Origin: Antedon mediterranea
Taxonomy: Eukaryota > Animalia > Echinodermata
Reading direction: 5' to 3'
Assembly (NCBI RefSeq): GCF_964355755.1
Contig: NC_092672.1
Span: forward strand, 12,834,001-12,898,000
Length of the DNA stretch: 64,000 bases
Below are positions 12,271 through 24,212 of this stretch, in pieces. The notes under the pieces were generated by a model. It had not been told where the DNA came from, did not search any database, and saw only the letters and a list, made by a program, of their open reading frames with translations. How positions within the stretch are numbered: the first letter of the stretch is position 1; each line of letters begins with the position of its first letter. A program made the translations under genes and the position numbers.

Positions 12271-13536
12271 TTAACATTGACTATAATCGCGAATAAACAA
12301 TGCATTGTGATATCCGCGCAAGTAATGCTGTGAAAAAAAGAATGTCAAGAATATAGGCTAACCAGATAACTAGGAGATCATTACCGTTTAGCAGATACAA
12401 TACGGCGCTTCACTTAATCCATCATGATGGTAGACTGGAGGTTGTAATGTGTTTAAATATATACAATCCTTTTTTTTTCCATGATAAAAACTAGAAATAT
12501 ATTTGTGAAAATATAATAATAAAATTCTGCCTCTTGCAGAGGCAATAAACTAACAAACTGCATCGGGTTTCGTATATTAATGCCTTGTATATATAATCAT
12601 CCATACAAGTCCGATAAAAGTATGACGCGTGAGGGCGCACTTTATTTTATGGAAGGCCATTTTGATTTGTACATTTTTAAACACATATCTGTAAATATTT
12701 TAGTTTATAATTGGGTTTTGTTTATAATGTTATGTATTTTATTATACAATTTATTGTAAACTATATTTAAATTATTGTATAAACTATTAATTTTGTAGGT
12801 TTTTAGCTTTGTTAATGCATTTTTCAACGGGCGCTAACGGCGTCTCGTAATTTCAGTCACGCTTCGTCGCATTCGCTGTACACAATAATACGACATGAGG
12901 CGGTTATAAATTGGGTATAAAAAGTCTAATTTTCTCTTAAAATCCCAAGTTTTGCAAGACGCAACATCAAGAAATGTTATTACCTATATACATAGAACCT
13001 ACGGATGAAATTTTATTAGGGTACGTTCTTATACCATGGTGAGGGTGATTTTTTGACTGGACTGACGGTGTCAATATCCATGGGTGTCTAAGCAAACCGT
13101 ATCCATGTCTCTCTCTCTCTCTCTCCTCATTTCTTCATCAACATTCTCACAATCACATAACATTCTGTCGTCGTCGTCGTCATCGCGTTGGAAGAGAGAA
13201 AAAACACAATATTTTTTTTTTCTTTTCAAACGTTTAATTGTATTATCACTACTATTACTACAATGTTTATTGCGGCATTGAATTGATTATTACTACACTA
13301 CAATTTTTAGTTTTCTTAATGAATTCGTTGTTACTATTATATTGAGGTAGACGCAACGTTAAGAATTGCATTGATTTGTACAATAAATTATAAATAGAAA
13401 TAATCAAACGTTTAATTATTATTATTATCACTACTATTACTACTACTACAATTACGGCATTGATTTGTACAATAAAAAATTTTTAATACAAAATAAACTA
13501 CAAAAACAACAACAATGTTTGTTTTTTCTTTTAAAG

Positions 13537-15108
13537 TCAATGGATTCGTTGTTTTTTCTTAATATTGCCGCATTGAGGAAGACGCTTTCGTTTTGTCAGT
13601 TGTTGGCGCATCTCATCCCGCAAAGTATCGGCCATCGAAAGCAAACTGTCTTGAAACGTAGAAACCATATCGGTTTCTCGTTTTTGCATATTTTCTATTA
13701 CTTGTTGATATTTGATTTCTCTTTCTTCCGATTTGGTGATGTGATTTTGGAATTCTATCAACATGTTATTGAATTGTGTTTGTAAAGTACTCAATTTGGT
13801 TTCTGTTTCACGTAAATCTTGGCGTGCCTGCTCCAATTGGCTTATCAGTTGTTGAATGCCAATGTTAGATGAGGGTAGATTATTTACATCACTAATCAAA
13901 CCTCTTGTTGAAGGATACTTGTCCATTAGAGAATCTTTTAAGATTCGTTTTCGTTTGTACTCACATTTTTCTTTTAATATCGTCATTTGATCTGATATCT
14001 GAAGAATGTTTATTATGGCAGTCCAATCACTGCTTGCATGTGATTCCATCGCTCGTCCAACAAATCTAGCAAATAGTGTTTTGTTGATTGACTTGGTTTT
14101 GGCAATATTCGCAATGGCGGTGGCAACACCATTCTTTTTCTCTGATGTGCACGGTGTGGAAAAGGCACCGTGCAAAGTTATGGGATACTTCATGTCCGCA
14201 CCGCAGTGATAGGTTCTTTTTTCTTGTTTATGCAATAACAATATACGGTTGTTGTTGGTCACCGTAATTTGCAACTCTTCCAGTTTACCGTTGTCCAATT
14301 CGTTATCCAGAGTCAACTCTAGTCGCATGCGTCGTTTTACAGTTATCGGCATGATGGCGGCCGTATAGACAACTCCATTTGGAGTTCTAAGTCGAACGCC
14401 ATTCATCGGCGGCGACGACGACGACGACGACGCAACATCATCATCGCATTATGGACTGTAGAGACAGCCGAGTGCCATATAGAAACAAATACGTTTCACG
14501 TCGCCATTTATTATGTCAAAAATCGGCACGGGCATCGTCGATACATCGGCGCCGACAAAGTCAGCAACACAGTTTTTATTTCGTGAAGAAACGTTCATAA
14601 ACACGTTGTCCCTACCGTATTGCTGCATTATTGTTTTCCTATTGTCTTCTCCAAGTACACTCATGACTTGATTTTCAATTGTAGATTCGACAAGTCGCGA
14701 TGATTCCAGAACACTTGCAACAACCGCGTACTCTTCTTCACCGTCCGTACACATCAATAACATTGGCATCTCGTGCATGCGTCCTTTTGCCTTTTGCAAA
14801 GATCCGATCATTCGACCGTATGATTGCGTTAGTGTATGTTCAGATCCATCGCAGAAAGCAATTAGTTTACCGAGACTGCCTCGAACATTTATCATCGTGT
14901 TTGCTTTTGTTGATTCTTGCGGCGTCGGTGGTGGTGGTGATGGGTGTGGTTGTTGTTCTGATGCTATATCATCTTCTTGTTGGTACTCCATGAAAACTGG
15001 TTCGACCGGGTCTTGCAATTCCAACATTGCCGTCTTTAATATGTCGTCGTCTGTTGAATTGAACGCTAATAGGTTTTCTAAAAACATGTCCATATCGCAA
15101 TGATCCAT
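13537..15108 (-). pseudogene. Intronless orphan gene of about 523 codons, broken by one nonsense codon; acidic/Pro-rich N-terminus, C-terminal coiled coil and basic NLS-like tail
   Basis: ORFs 14449-15168 and 13537-14406 are in the same frame, 42 nt apart. The TAA at 14449-14451 is CAA (Gln) in the other copy. Confidence 0.75.
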
Positions 15109-15111
15109 GAT

Positions 15112-15172
15112 GACTACTGACGAATGCACGGTGAGCGAGTTAACGTATATATAGACCCAAACAGCCAATCAA
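15112..15172 (-). promoter_or_regulatory. Compact Pol II-type promoter: CCAAT box, TATATATA and CATT/TCAGT initiator just before the ATG (also present at about 9750-9810)
   Basis: Minus strand reads gATTGGctgtttgggtcTATATATAcgttaactcgctcaccgtgCATTcgTCAGTagtcatcATG. TATA-to-initiator spacing is about 28-35 nt. Confidence 0.55.
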
Positions 15173-15332
15173 CGTCCAGCTTGAATAAGCGGTGTTGACT
15201 ACCATTTGAAGATGATGCGTTGTTTTTTTGTTTTTTTTTTGTTCACGCTGCTGTTTTTCGTAATGCAATAAGAGTATCGATTAGAGTGTATTTGTGTACG
15301 TGTACATTGGAGAGAAAGAGAATGCTTTTGTC

Positions 15333-15734
15333 ATGCAATCTGTTTCCCGTATAGTGGCGAGAAGACCTAACAATTACCTGATTTCAGCTATACTCGTGAC
15401 TTTATTATGCTGTATTCCATTCGGTATTATAGGAATCGTGTACAGCGTAGATGTAAGTAATCTATTTCCTCTACAACCTCATCCCATCACAACTTTTTTT
15501 TATTTTTTTTAATCTATTTTAGTTTATATTCTTTTACTTTTACAGAGTTCGAGAAAGTTCGACTACGGTGACGGTGAGGGTGCAGCCAGATCAGCACGAT
15601 CGGCAAAGAGATGGTCTATTGCAGGATTGCTGTTTGGAATCATCATCATCGTCGTCGTTTGCATCATATGGACCTTGAACTCAAGTCTACCTAATCATTC
15701 CACTCACCCTCCTTCGTTACAAGACATCATGTGA
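15333..15734 (+). CDS. CD225/dispanin protein, copy 2; exons 15333-15452 and 15546-15734 (102 aa)
   Basis: Same as copy 1, but a 1-nt indel gives the C-terminus ...VVVCIIWTLNSSLPNHSTHPPSLQDIM*. Confidence 0.88.
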
Positions 15735-15987
15735 TTCAAGCAAGAGGCAGTTGAAAACATTTGTATTTGATAATACATATATAACAGCGTTGTTGTTGAA
15801 TGATTATGTTTTTTTTTTTCAAAAATAAATAATATGTGCATATAAATAATTTTTTCTGTCTTGCATTTTGTATGATCAGGTGTTTTGGTACACGCATTGT
15901 AATGTTGTGGTTGTTTTTTTTTTCTAAAGAATTATCGAACGAATGCTAAATGACCAAGTTTAATGCGTTTACAATAAAATACATGCA

Positions 15988-18900
15988 CTTGATGAGGCCA
16001 AACTAGCAATGAAAAACTACTTTGAGCCCAAGAAGAATATTCCATTCGCCATCTACACCTTCCGTCAGTTAAGCCAAAATGCCAGCGAATCGATTGACGA
16101 CTACGTCACACGCTTACGTCAGGCTGCTAGGACATGCTCGTTTGCGGACGTTGATGGTGAAATAAAAATGCAAATAATATCTCACTGTTGCTCGCCAAAG
16201 CTTAGACGTGCGGCTCTACGAGATCCTACGCTAACGCTAGACAAGATCTTGGAGTACGCGCGCGCACTCGAGGCATCGCAAAAACAAGCGTCTGAGATTG
16301 AAAGCAAAAAGGGAAATCCCCAGTACGTCAATTATTCTGCAGAGGCGACGACGACCAGCAAGCAGAGGACACAGGCTAAGCATACTGGTAGTAGTAGTAG
16401 GCATAGCTACACTTCCAAGCAAACCAAAACTAACAATATCTGTCGTAGATGTGGAGGTAACTACCCACACACTGGTTCCTGTCCAGCCATGGGCAAGTCT
16501 TGTAATTTGTGCAGCAAATCTAATCATTTTGCAAGCGTATGTAGATCTAGTGGTAGTAATGTAGCAGCCAAGTCAAGTAGGCCCCCTTCCAAAAGGGCAG
16601 TTAATGCTATGAATAGCGATGATCGAAAAGCTGAATCATCAGAGGATGAGTATCTTTTCTCGTTGAAAAATGAAACCAAAGCGAAGCTACCAAAAGCAAC
16701 ACTGAAGGTAAACAATGTTAGTTTACAATTGCTAATCGACAGCGGATCGACAGTCAACATCGTGACTGAAGACGTAGCCAAAAAGCTTAAGGCGAAAATA
16801 GGTAAAACGAACACGAAGATATATCCTTATGCTGCCGACACCCCCCTTAAAGTTTTGGGTGGATTCAACGCGATGGTGGAATCGAGCAAAAAGGTTGTCC
16901 TCGCGGATTTTGTTGTTGTAAAATGTGGCCCCACTCCAATTATCGGATACAGCACAGGGGTAGAGCTTGGAATCATTGACATAACATGTAGCATCCCACA
17001 ACAACCCATGACGGACATAACCGCAAAATACGAGAATGTGTTCAAAGGACTGGGTAAGATGAAAGATGCAACAATCAAATTGCACATCAACCCTGACGCC
17101 AAGCCTGTTAATCAAATTCACCGCAGAATACCATTCCACCAACGCGCCGTAGTGGAAGAATGCCTTGACAGAATGCTGCAAGATGAAGTTATAGAGCCAG
17201 CACCTGGACCACACACCTGGATCAATCCGATCGTACTTGTACCCAAAAGCAATGGTAAAACGCGAATGGTTGTGGACATGCGTGAGGCAAACAAAGCGAT
17301 AGGACGCGAGAGGTACTTAACGCCAACGCTAGATGATATAATTTGCAAGCTAACAGGCGCTACCGTGTTTAGCAAAATCGACATGAACAGCGGGTACCAA
17401 CAACTAATTCTGCATCCTGATTCGCGCAACATAAGTACATTCTCTACGCACAAAGGACTGTATCGTTACAAGCGATTATTTTACGGTGTCAACGCTGCGC
17501 ACGAGATCTTCAATGAAAAAGTCAAAAACATGCTGAGCGGAGTACAGAACCAACTCAGCATAAGTGATGACATTATAATTTTTGGTAAAGACACTAAGGA
17601 ACATGATGAAGCTTTAAATGCTGTATTTGAATGTTTGCGTGATTCTAATGTTACAGTAAACAAAGATAAATGTGAATTTTACAAGTCAAACATCACGTTT
17701 TTTGGCATGGTTTTTTCCAAGGAGGGAATTTCCCCAGATCCTAGGAAAGTTACTGCGATCAAAGCATTAAAGGCCCCAGAATGCATTACAGAATTGCGTT
17801 CCCTTTTTGGTATGGTTAATTTTCTCAGTCGGTTCATTCCAAATTATGCCACTATTACAGCACCTATGCGTAAGTTGCTACAAAGTGACACCAAATTTGA
17901 ATGGGGTGAAGAGCAAAACAAAGCTCTAGAAATGCTCAAGGATAAGCTCAATTCTGATTGTGTTATGGCATATTTCGACCCCACACAAACCACCAATGTT
18001 TATGTAGACGCTAGTCCAGTGGGTCTAGCTGGAATCTTAATGCAAGATGACAAAGTCGTTTTCTGTGGTAATAGGTCATTAACAGCCACTGAAAAAAGGT
18101 ATTCCCAAATTGAACGGGAGGCATTGGCCATAGCATGGGCGTGCCATTATTTTCGACTGTTTCTAGTTGGCAAACCATTTAGAGTCTTTACTGACCACAA
18201 ACCGCTACTTTCACTGTTTAACACGTTCACTGCCACGGCGTATTTATACGTCAAAAATTGCGTGTCGCTACTTGCCAAGACGTAATACTACGTCAAAATC
18301 GTAGCACTTTTGTATTGTATGTAGAATCGCTGGCAGTGGTGATTGGAACAGGAATTATCGCATGGCAGTTTATGAATGATGTACGTAAACGATAATCTAA
18401 AAATAAATGTCATATGTTTGTTTGTGTTTATTCCCTCATGCATTGAATATGGTTGATACGATGGCGCCCTCACACTCAATATAATCATCTCAAACATGTC
18501 ATAAATTGCGCTAATAGTAAATAAAAATAATAAAGGATGAAATGATTCAGTGTGGTTTACTGTTTTTATCTCTCGATGATAGGTTTGACCGATTTTAGCG
18601 CGGAAAATCCCCGACGTATATTTACGTTCCTGGCAAAGTCAATAAAATTGTTGGACCATTGCCAGTGACGTATTTATACGTCTCAACGGTTTTTCCCGCC
18701 ATCGTATTTTGAATGACATCATGATAGTCTGTGACCAGATGTTACACTTTCAAACTGTAATTTAATATGTAAACGGGACTTGGCACTGGGACAGAAATTA
18801 CGGAAAATGCCTTGGCAGTGAACGTGTTAACAACCCACGGTCCAAACCCTCTCTCAGAATAGAAAATTGGATACTAAGGTTGAAAATGTTTCAGTTTGAA

Positions 18901-20301
18901 GTATGTTTCCAAAAAGGTTCGACTAATCCTGCCGACTATATGTCACGGTACACATTAGATAAGTGTAATGAAGTAAATAACTGTGTGACTGACAGTGCCA
19001 CTGCATATGTAAATATGTGTATTGAACAAGCTAAACCTAATGCAATGACTATTGCCGACATTCAGTTAGCAACAGAGTCTGATAAAACGATTCAATGTGT
19101 TCTTAAGTTTATGCTAAATGATAATTGGGATATGGCCAAGTTGAAGCCAGAAGACCTAACTGATGTTGATCTAGAAGACCTCAAATCATATATGAATGTA
19201 AAAGATGAAATAATTTGTTCTGATGATGGCAAAATATTATTAAGAGGCAAAAATATCATTATCCCCCTTAGCTTAGGACGTAAAGTTGTTGACCTCGCTC
19301 ACGAAGGGCACCAGGGGATAGTTAAGACAAAGAATTTATTGCGTTCTAAGGTCTGGTTCCCTAAGTTAGACAAACTTAGTGAAATAGTTGTAAAGGAGTG
19401 TATGTTGTGTCAGGCTGCAACTCCTCAGTCAGTACGAGCCCCACTCAAAATGTCTGGTTTACCACAAAACAGATGGGAGCAGGTTAGCATAGATTTTGGT
19501 CATGTTAACAATGAATATGTAATGGTTGTAATCGATGATTACTCACGGTTCCCTGTTGTCGAGCTCCTAACTTCAACTTCAGCAAATGCTGTGATTCCGA
19601 AAATTGACAAAATTTTCAGCATGCTAGGGGTTCCCAAGGTTGTCCGGTCAGATAATGGCCCACCCTTCAACAGTGGGGCATTTGATAAATTTTCAAAATA
19701 TCTTGGTTTCCATCACAGGAAAGTAACTCCATTGTGGCCCGAGCCCAATGGTGAAGTCGAGCGCTGGAAACAAGACATGTACGTCTTTTTAAGAAATTAT
19801 AGGGCGACCCCACATTGTACAACGGGTGTTTCACCAGCAATGGCCCTCTTGGGTATGGACCTTAATATTCGATTTCCATCTCTTAAAAGGGAGGAGAGTA
19901 GTAATGATGAGTCACTACGACAAACTGACAATCAAAACAAAATTAAGATGAAGCATGATGCTGAAAAAAGGAGATGCATATCAGAATGTAATCTCAACGT
20001 AGGTGACACTGTGTTAGTAAAGCAAGAAAAAAAGAACAAATTTACCACACCTTTCTGTAAAACACCTTTAATCATTGTACATAGAAATCATGATCTAATT
20101 ACAGCTAAACACCCAGATGGTAATAAGATAACCAGAAACTGGTCACATTTTAAAAAGGTGAATCTGCCAAATAGGGCACATGTAAATCCAAAACCGGTTT
20201 ATAATGATGATACTGTTGTAGTGGGACAAGATCCGATCCCACAACAGACACGCAGATCTTGTAGACAAGCAAGACGGCCTCAAAGGCTAGTTGAGGAATA
20301 A
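15988..20301 (+). pseudogene. gag-pol: Remainder of Gypsy gag-pol (CCHC, protease, RT, RNase H, integrase), interrupted by a MITE at 18222-18826
   Basis: CNLCSKSNHFASVC; IDSGS; RT ISDDIIIFG; RNase H VDASPVG, YSQIEREAL, TDHKPL; integrase HEGHQG, IDDYSRF, SDNGPPF. Removing the MITE restores ...LFNNPRSKPSLRIENW in frame. Confidence 0.95.
18222..18826. mobile_element. Non-autonomous piggyBac-type MITE (605 bp)
   Basis: TTAA TSD (18218-18221 and 18827-18830); TIR CACGTTCACTGCCA / TGGCAGTGAACGTG. Confidence 0.93.
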
Positions 20302-20406
20302 TGCTATGCATTAGTTCAGAAAGCGTTAAGTTGTTTGTATATAGTAGTTAGCAGTTTGTAAAAAAATGTTAAAACAATAACTCTTATTTCAATAATAGAA
20401 GGGAGA

Positions 20407-20589
20407 TGTAGTGTCGTACAGTTTATAAATGGGTTATTTAGTAAACACATCCTGGAAACGCCAGACTCATGTAGAATACGCATGCGTGCAGGACACGCTG
20501 TAGTACCAAACAGCATGTAATAAAAAAGATAGAACTGCATTTATAGTGTCTACCGAATCTTTATTAAAGTCATCGTAAACAATATTACA
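20407..20589 (+). repeat. 3' LTR (183 bp)
   Basis: Matches 7484-7665. Confidence 0.97.
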
Positions 20590-21083
20590 GTATGTTCAAA
20601 GTGAGGTTTGAACTTGCTGATTGCAAGTAGGCATCTCATTCTTTGTTCATGTTCTTGCAAAGTTTCAGGCAAATTGTTGAAGAACTGTTGATGATGTGCG
20701 TAACGGTGTCAACTAATTTACGGATTATAATAAATGTGTGCAAAACATTTAATTTTTTTTGTGTGTTTTTGTCTTTCTATTAAGTTTAAGTATCATTCAG
20801 ATATCAAATAAAGAAAAAAAAAGTACTCACCTTGGAGAGGCAGTTTTCTAAATGACACCATGTTACGAACATAATACATCCAACATAGTAAGCTTGTGAT
20901 CTCAATTTTCCCGGGAAGTTGATACATGACTATCTTTATGTTTTGTATTATGTTTGTTGGGATATGGAAATTCAAAATAAGATTGACTTTATTGAATTGC
21001 GAACAATTCTAATTTTTTGTTGTCATGTCACATTTTTTGTTGCAGTATCAAATTTTTGCATATTTGTATTACTATCATCATCG

Positions 21084-22728
21084 TTATTAGGTGATCATTT
21101 AGAATAAAATGATCACCTATTGTTATTGTATGAAATCTTTATTAGGTGATCATTTAGAATAAAATGATCACCTATTGTTATTGTATCAAATCTTTATTCT
21201 TCTTCTTCTTCTTCTTTCTGTACACTTTTTGTTCGTCAAATATCTCAAAAAGTTGAATAACAATGATCACAAAAATTTCACAATGTCTTTCAAATACTTT
21301 AACTTAGCCATAATAAGCTTTTCAGCGTGATCACTCAACCGTGACGTCACGTATACGCGATTTTGTGAAATCACATTATCAATCATATCTCCATAATTCA
21401 TTATCACATATTAACGAAATTCACAACACGTAAACTTCAGGTCAAGGGTAAAAATATTAGCAAATAAAAACTCACGCGCACGTAGGGTCATGCGCGTGAA
21501 ATCGCGCGTTAAAAATTTAAAAGGCTCAAAATTAAGTTTTGATCAATTTAGAGCATGAATTGGGCCATTTGCGTGTTTCAAAAAATTACTGCGCAAAAAC
21601 ACGTTTTTGCGCGCGCGATACTTAAAAAGCGTAAAAATACGAATTGTTTGTACAAATCGCATTCTACTCACCATCCTTAGTACATTAACCAAATTTGAGT
21701 CAGTTCCGACTTAAAATAACGCTATACGAGCAGGTTCAAAATGTCAAAATGCGCAAATTAATTGCATCAAAGTGCTGAAAATGGTGAAAAATAAGGCATT
21801 TTTAAAATGAAAATAATTCTTCAGAATGCACGATGACCCCTAAGTTTTTTAACTTATTCGGGAAGCCATTGAGTTGTAGATATAAATGTATATACACATT
21901 AGACGTACAAAATGGTATTACGTCATCAAATGGCCACTTGAATTTAAAAATTAGGATTTTTTTCCGTTTTGTGTAGGTTATCACATTCAATAGAGCGCAT
22001 CTCCGCTATTTGAGCTCGATTTTCGCACAAATTTCAGTGTGTGCTCTCTTAATTATTTATCTTTCTCATAAATTGTCAGCGTTTTCATTTTGATGACGTC
22101 ATCACGCGTAAAAACTTGAATAACGTAGGTCGTGTAATTTCACCTTTGCCGTAAATTTGAATATCTTACAGCTCTTCAGAATTGAAGGTTACCTTGATGA
22201 TTATAATTTATTATGAAAGCTGATGAAATGTAGATATGAATTCATATAAAAATCAAGCCTATTGGATGTTGTGACGTTAACGTATGGCCAGATGAAGTTA
22301 AAAAGTAGTTTTTAAATTTCTTTAGTCAAAGTTATAAAAATTTCAAAGAGCGCGCATTGCGCTTCTACGTGTCAAATTCTCTTCCAATCCTTATATTTAT
22401 TTTCTCAATTCATTATCTTTCGAAATTGTCATTTTCGAGTTGATTTTGATAATTCCATCATACCAAAAAATTTGAACATGATGTGGGTCCCATAATTTCA
22501 CCTATGCTACACTGTATATAGATATACAGTATATACTGTACATATTGTATATGACACATAATAGGTATGTTATGCTATAAGTGTATATGCATCATGTCAT
22601 AGGATGGCGTACATCAACTTTTTACGATGGTATTTTAACGTACGTGCATGTTTAAAAAATGTTAATCTCATTAAAATGATAAAAATGATCACCTATAATT
22701 CGTCAAAGTGACGAATTAAATTCTAGTT
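21084..22728 (+). mobile_element. Non-autonomous Helentron-type element (HINE/DINE-1-like)
   Basis: 5' TAGGTGATCATTT...AAATGATCACCTA hairpin (duplicated in tandem), then a (TTC)n microsatellite; 3' subTIR AAATGATCACCTA, stem-loop AATTCGTCA-aag-TGACGAATT and terminal CTAG-TT. Confidence 0.85.
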
Positions 22729-22812
22729 AATTAAATTAAAACTGTCTTATTTTAAATTTTACAACATACATGGCCTTATTTTTATTTGTTTTTTTTTTAT
22801 AATTTTTTTAGA

Positions 22813-23125
22813 ATCATCACCAAAGCCCACCAATAAAGAAACATTCCAAAAGTAAGATTTAGCCTTTATTTATGATTTATGTGTGTATGTATGCATTATT
22901 CAATTGTTGCTGTATTACTTATAATTTGATCTTGCAGAAAGTGTTAATGAGGTTTAATAGTTTAGAAAATGATCTACTGGAAATAAAAAACCTTTTAAAA
23001 GCAAATACTGTAAAAGAGAACCAAGAGAATCTCAGTTTGAACCTAAAGAATGGCCTATGTCAAGTATGGCACAATTTGAAAGTTTTTAAGTCAAATTAAA
23101 AGATGACAATCTCAAGGACAGTGTG
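22813..23125 (+). pseudogene. Decayed exons of a DUF4806-like coiled-coil protein
   Basis: AG/GT-bounded segments encode KVLMRFNSLENDLLEIKNLLK..., similar in style to the exon at 26030; frameshifted. Confidence 0.35.
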
Positions 23126-23189
23126 GTATGTCTCGTTTATTACTCTTTAGTTGGTCAAGATTGAAGACCTTTCTTGATCAGTATTGGTG

Positions 23190-23670
23190 TGTTGGGACTA
23201 ATTACAACTGAATGGTTGAATTCTGTTCTTTAATCCAATTTATTGTTGCATGTATAAAGAGTGATATCGCCCTCTATCCGGGGCAGAGGCAACATGGTGG
23301 ATATATTGTAGAGCACATGTGTTGATATCTGAATACAGAGGCAACATGGTGGATATATTGTAGAGCACATGTGTTGATATCTGAATAAAGAATGTTGTTA
23401 ATAATCATTGTCATATGAAGTCTTCAATCATAAAAACAATACATAAAACATGGTGACAGAAATATCCAAGGGCGTTTGTTACCGATACTGGCTTACAGAC
23501 TGTCAAACGTTTGATCACGTCAGGCTGGCCAGAACATCGTTGTTTGGTTTCACCAGAGGCACAGCCATATTTCAATTATAAACATGAACTCTCCATATTG
23601 GACAATGTAATATTCAAAGGAGACCATCTTGGAGTTGAAAGTACACTTCGGCGCGCAAGGGAGACTATAA
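23190..23670 (+). mobile_element. Gypsy remnant: probable LTR (about 23190-23450, with an internal 52-bp tandem duplication), PBS and deleted pol fragment
   Basis: TG...CA with AATAAA, then TGGTGACAGAA (tRNA-Leu-like PBS), then LITSGWP...PYFNYKHELSILDNVIFKG/HLGVESTLRRARETI (pre-integrase region). Confidence 0.7.
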
Positions 23671-24212
23671 AATTAAATGTTATGAAATTTAATATTTCTA
23701 TATAACAATATTTTATTTGTTATTATTGTGAGATGGAATAATGATGTGCATTGGAATAAAATGTAAGTACATATTTTATATAACATATAGTAATGTAACA
23801 TTAGTAATATAACATAATGCAATTGTCGGATCTAGGTGATAGTTCTGGACGCATGCAATCCTCGCTTTTGACAGCTAAAATATATATATATATTTGGTAC
23901 CTATTTTTGAGAGACTATGAATGTTACATGTTAGCGCTGCCCCATTAAAAAAATCCTGGATCCGCTCCTGAATTGTAGACATAATATGTTTCATTTGTTT
24001 TATTTTTACTAAAATATTTTTTAATTTTTATTATTCACAATGCGTAATCATGTGTGAGGGAATCATGGTGTACATTTCAAATAATTACAAAAAAAAATGT
24101 TATGAAAATTAAATTATGAATCATGATGTACATTTTGCTATGAATAAATTAAAATGAATTTGTATTTTACACACATAATATTTATTGAGTTTGGTACTTA
24201 TATTCTCAATAG

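Larger units (their letters stand above)
7869..15989. other. About 8.1-kb foreign, gene-dense insertion inside gag; putative endogenous large-DNA-virus fragment
   Basis: Gag homology stops at about 7868 and resumes at about 15988 (LDEAKLAMKNYFEPKKN). No TIR or TSD. CpG-rich orphan ORFs, overlapping convergent stops, an internal duplication and repeat blocks. The insertion is seen directly; viral origin is inference. Confidence 0.55.
7484..20589 (+). mobile_element. Full-span Ty3/Gypsy (Mag-like) LTR retrotransposon with two internal insertions
   Basis: LTRs at 7484-7665 and 20407-20589; 5-bp TSD GTATG (7479-7483 and 20590-20594); PBS TGGCGACGAG at 7667; polypurine tract AATAGAAGGGAGA before the 3' LTR. 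Confidence 0.97.

Noticed and set aside
12780-13110. Possible small spliced minus-strand gene in the virus-like insert
   Set aside because: Coding-like stretches exist, but I could not build a stop-free gene model.
16237-17663. Several 60-160 aa ORFs overlapping pol, and similar ones overlapping the other transposases
   Set aside because: They are antisense or off-frame shadows of long coding sequences, with no motifs of their own.
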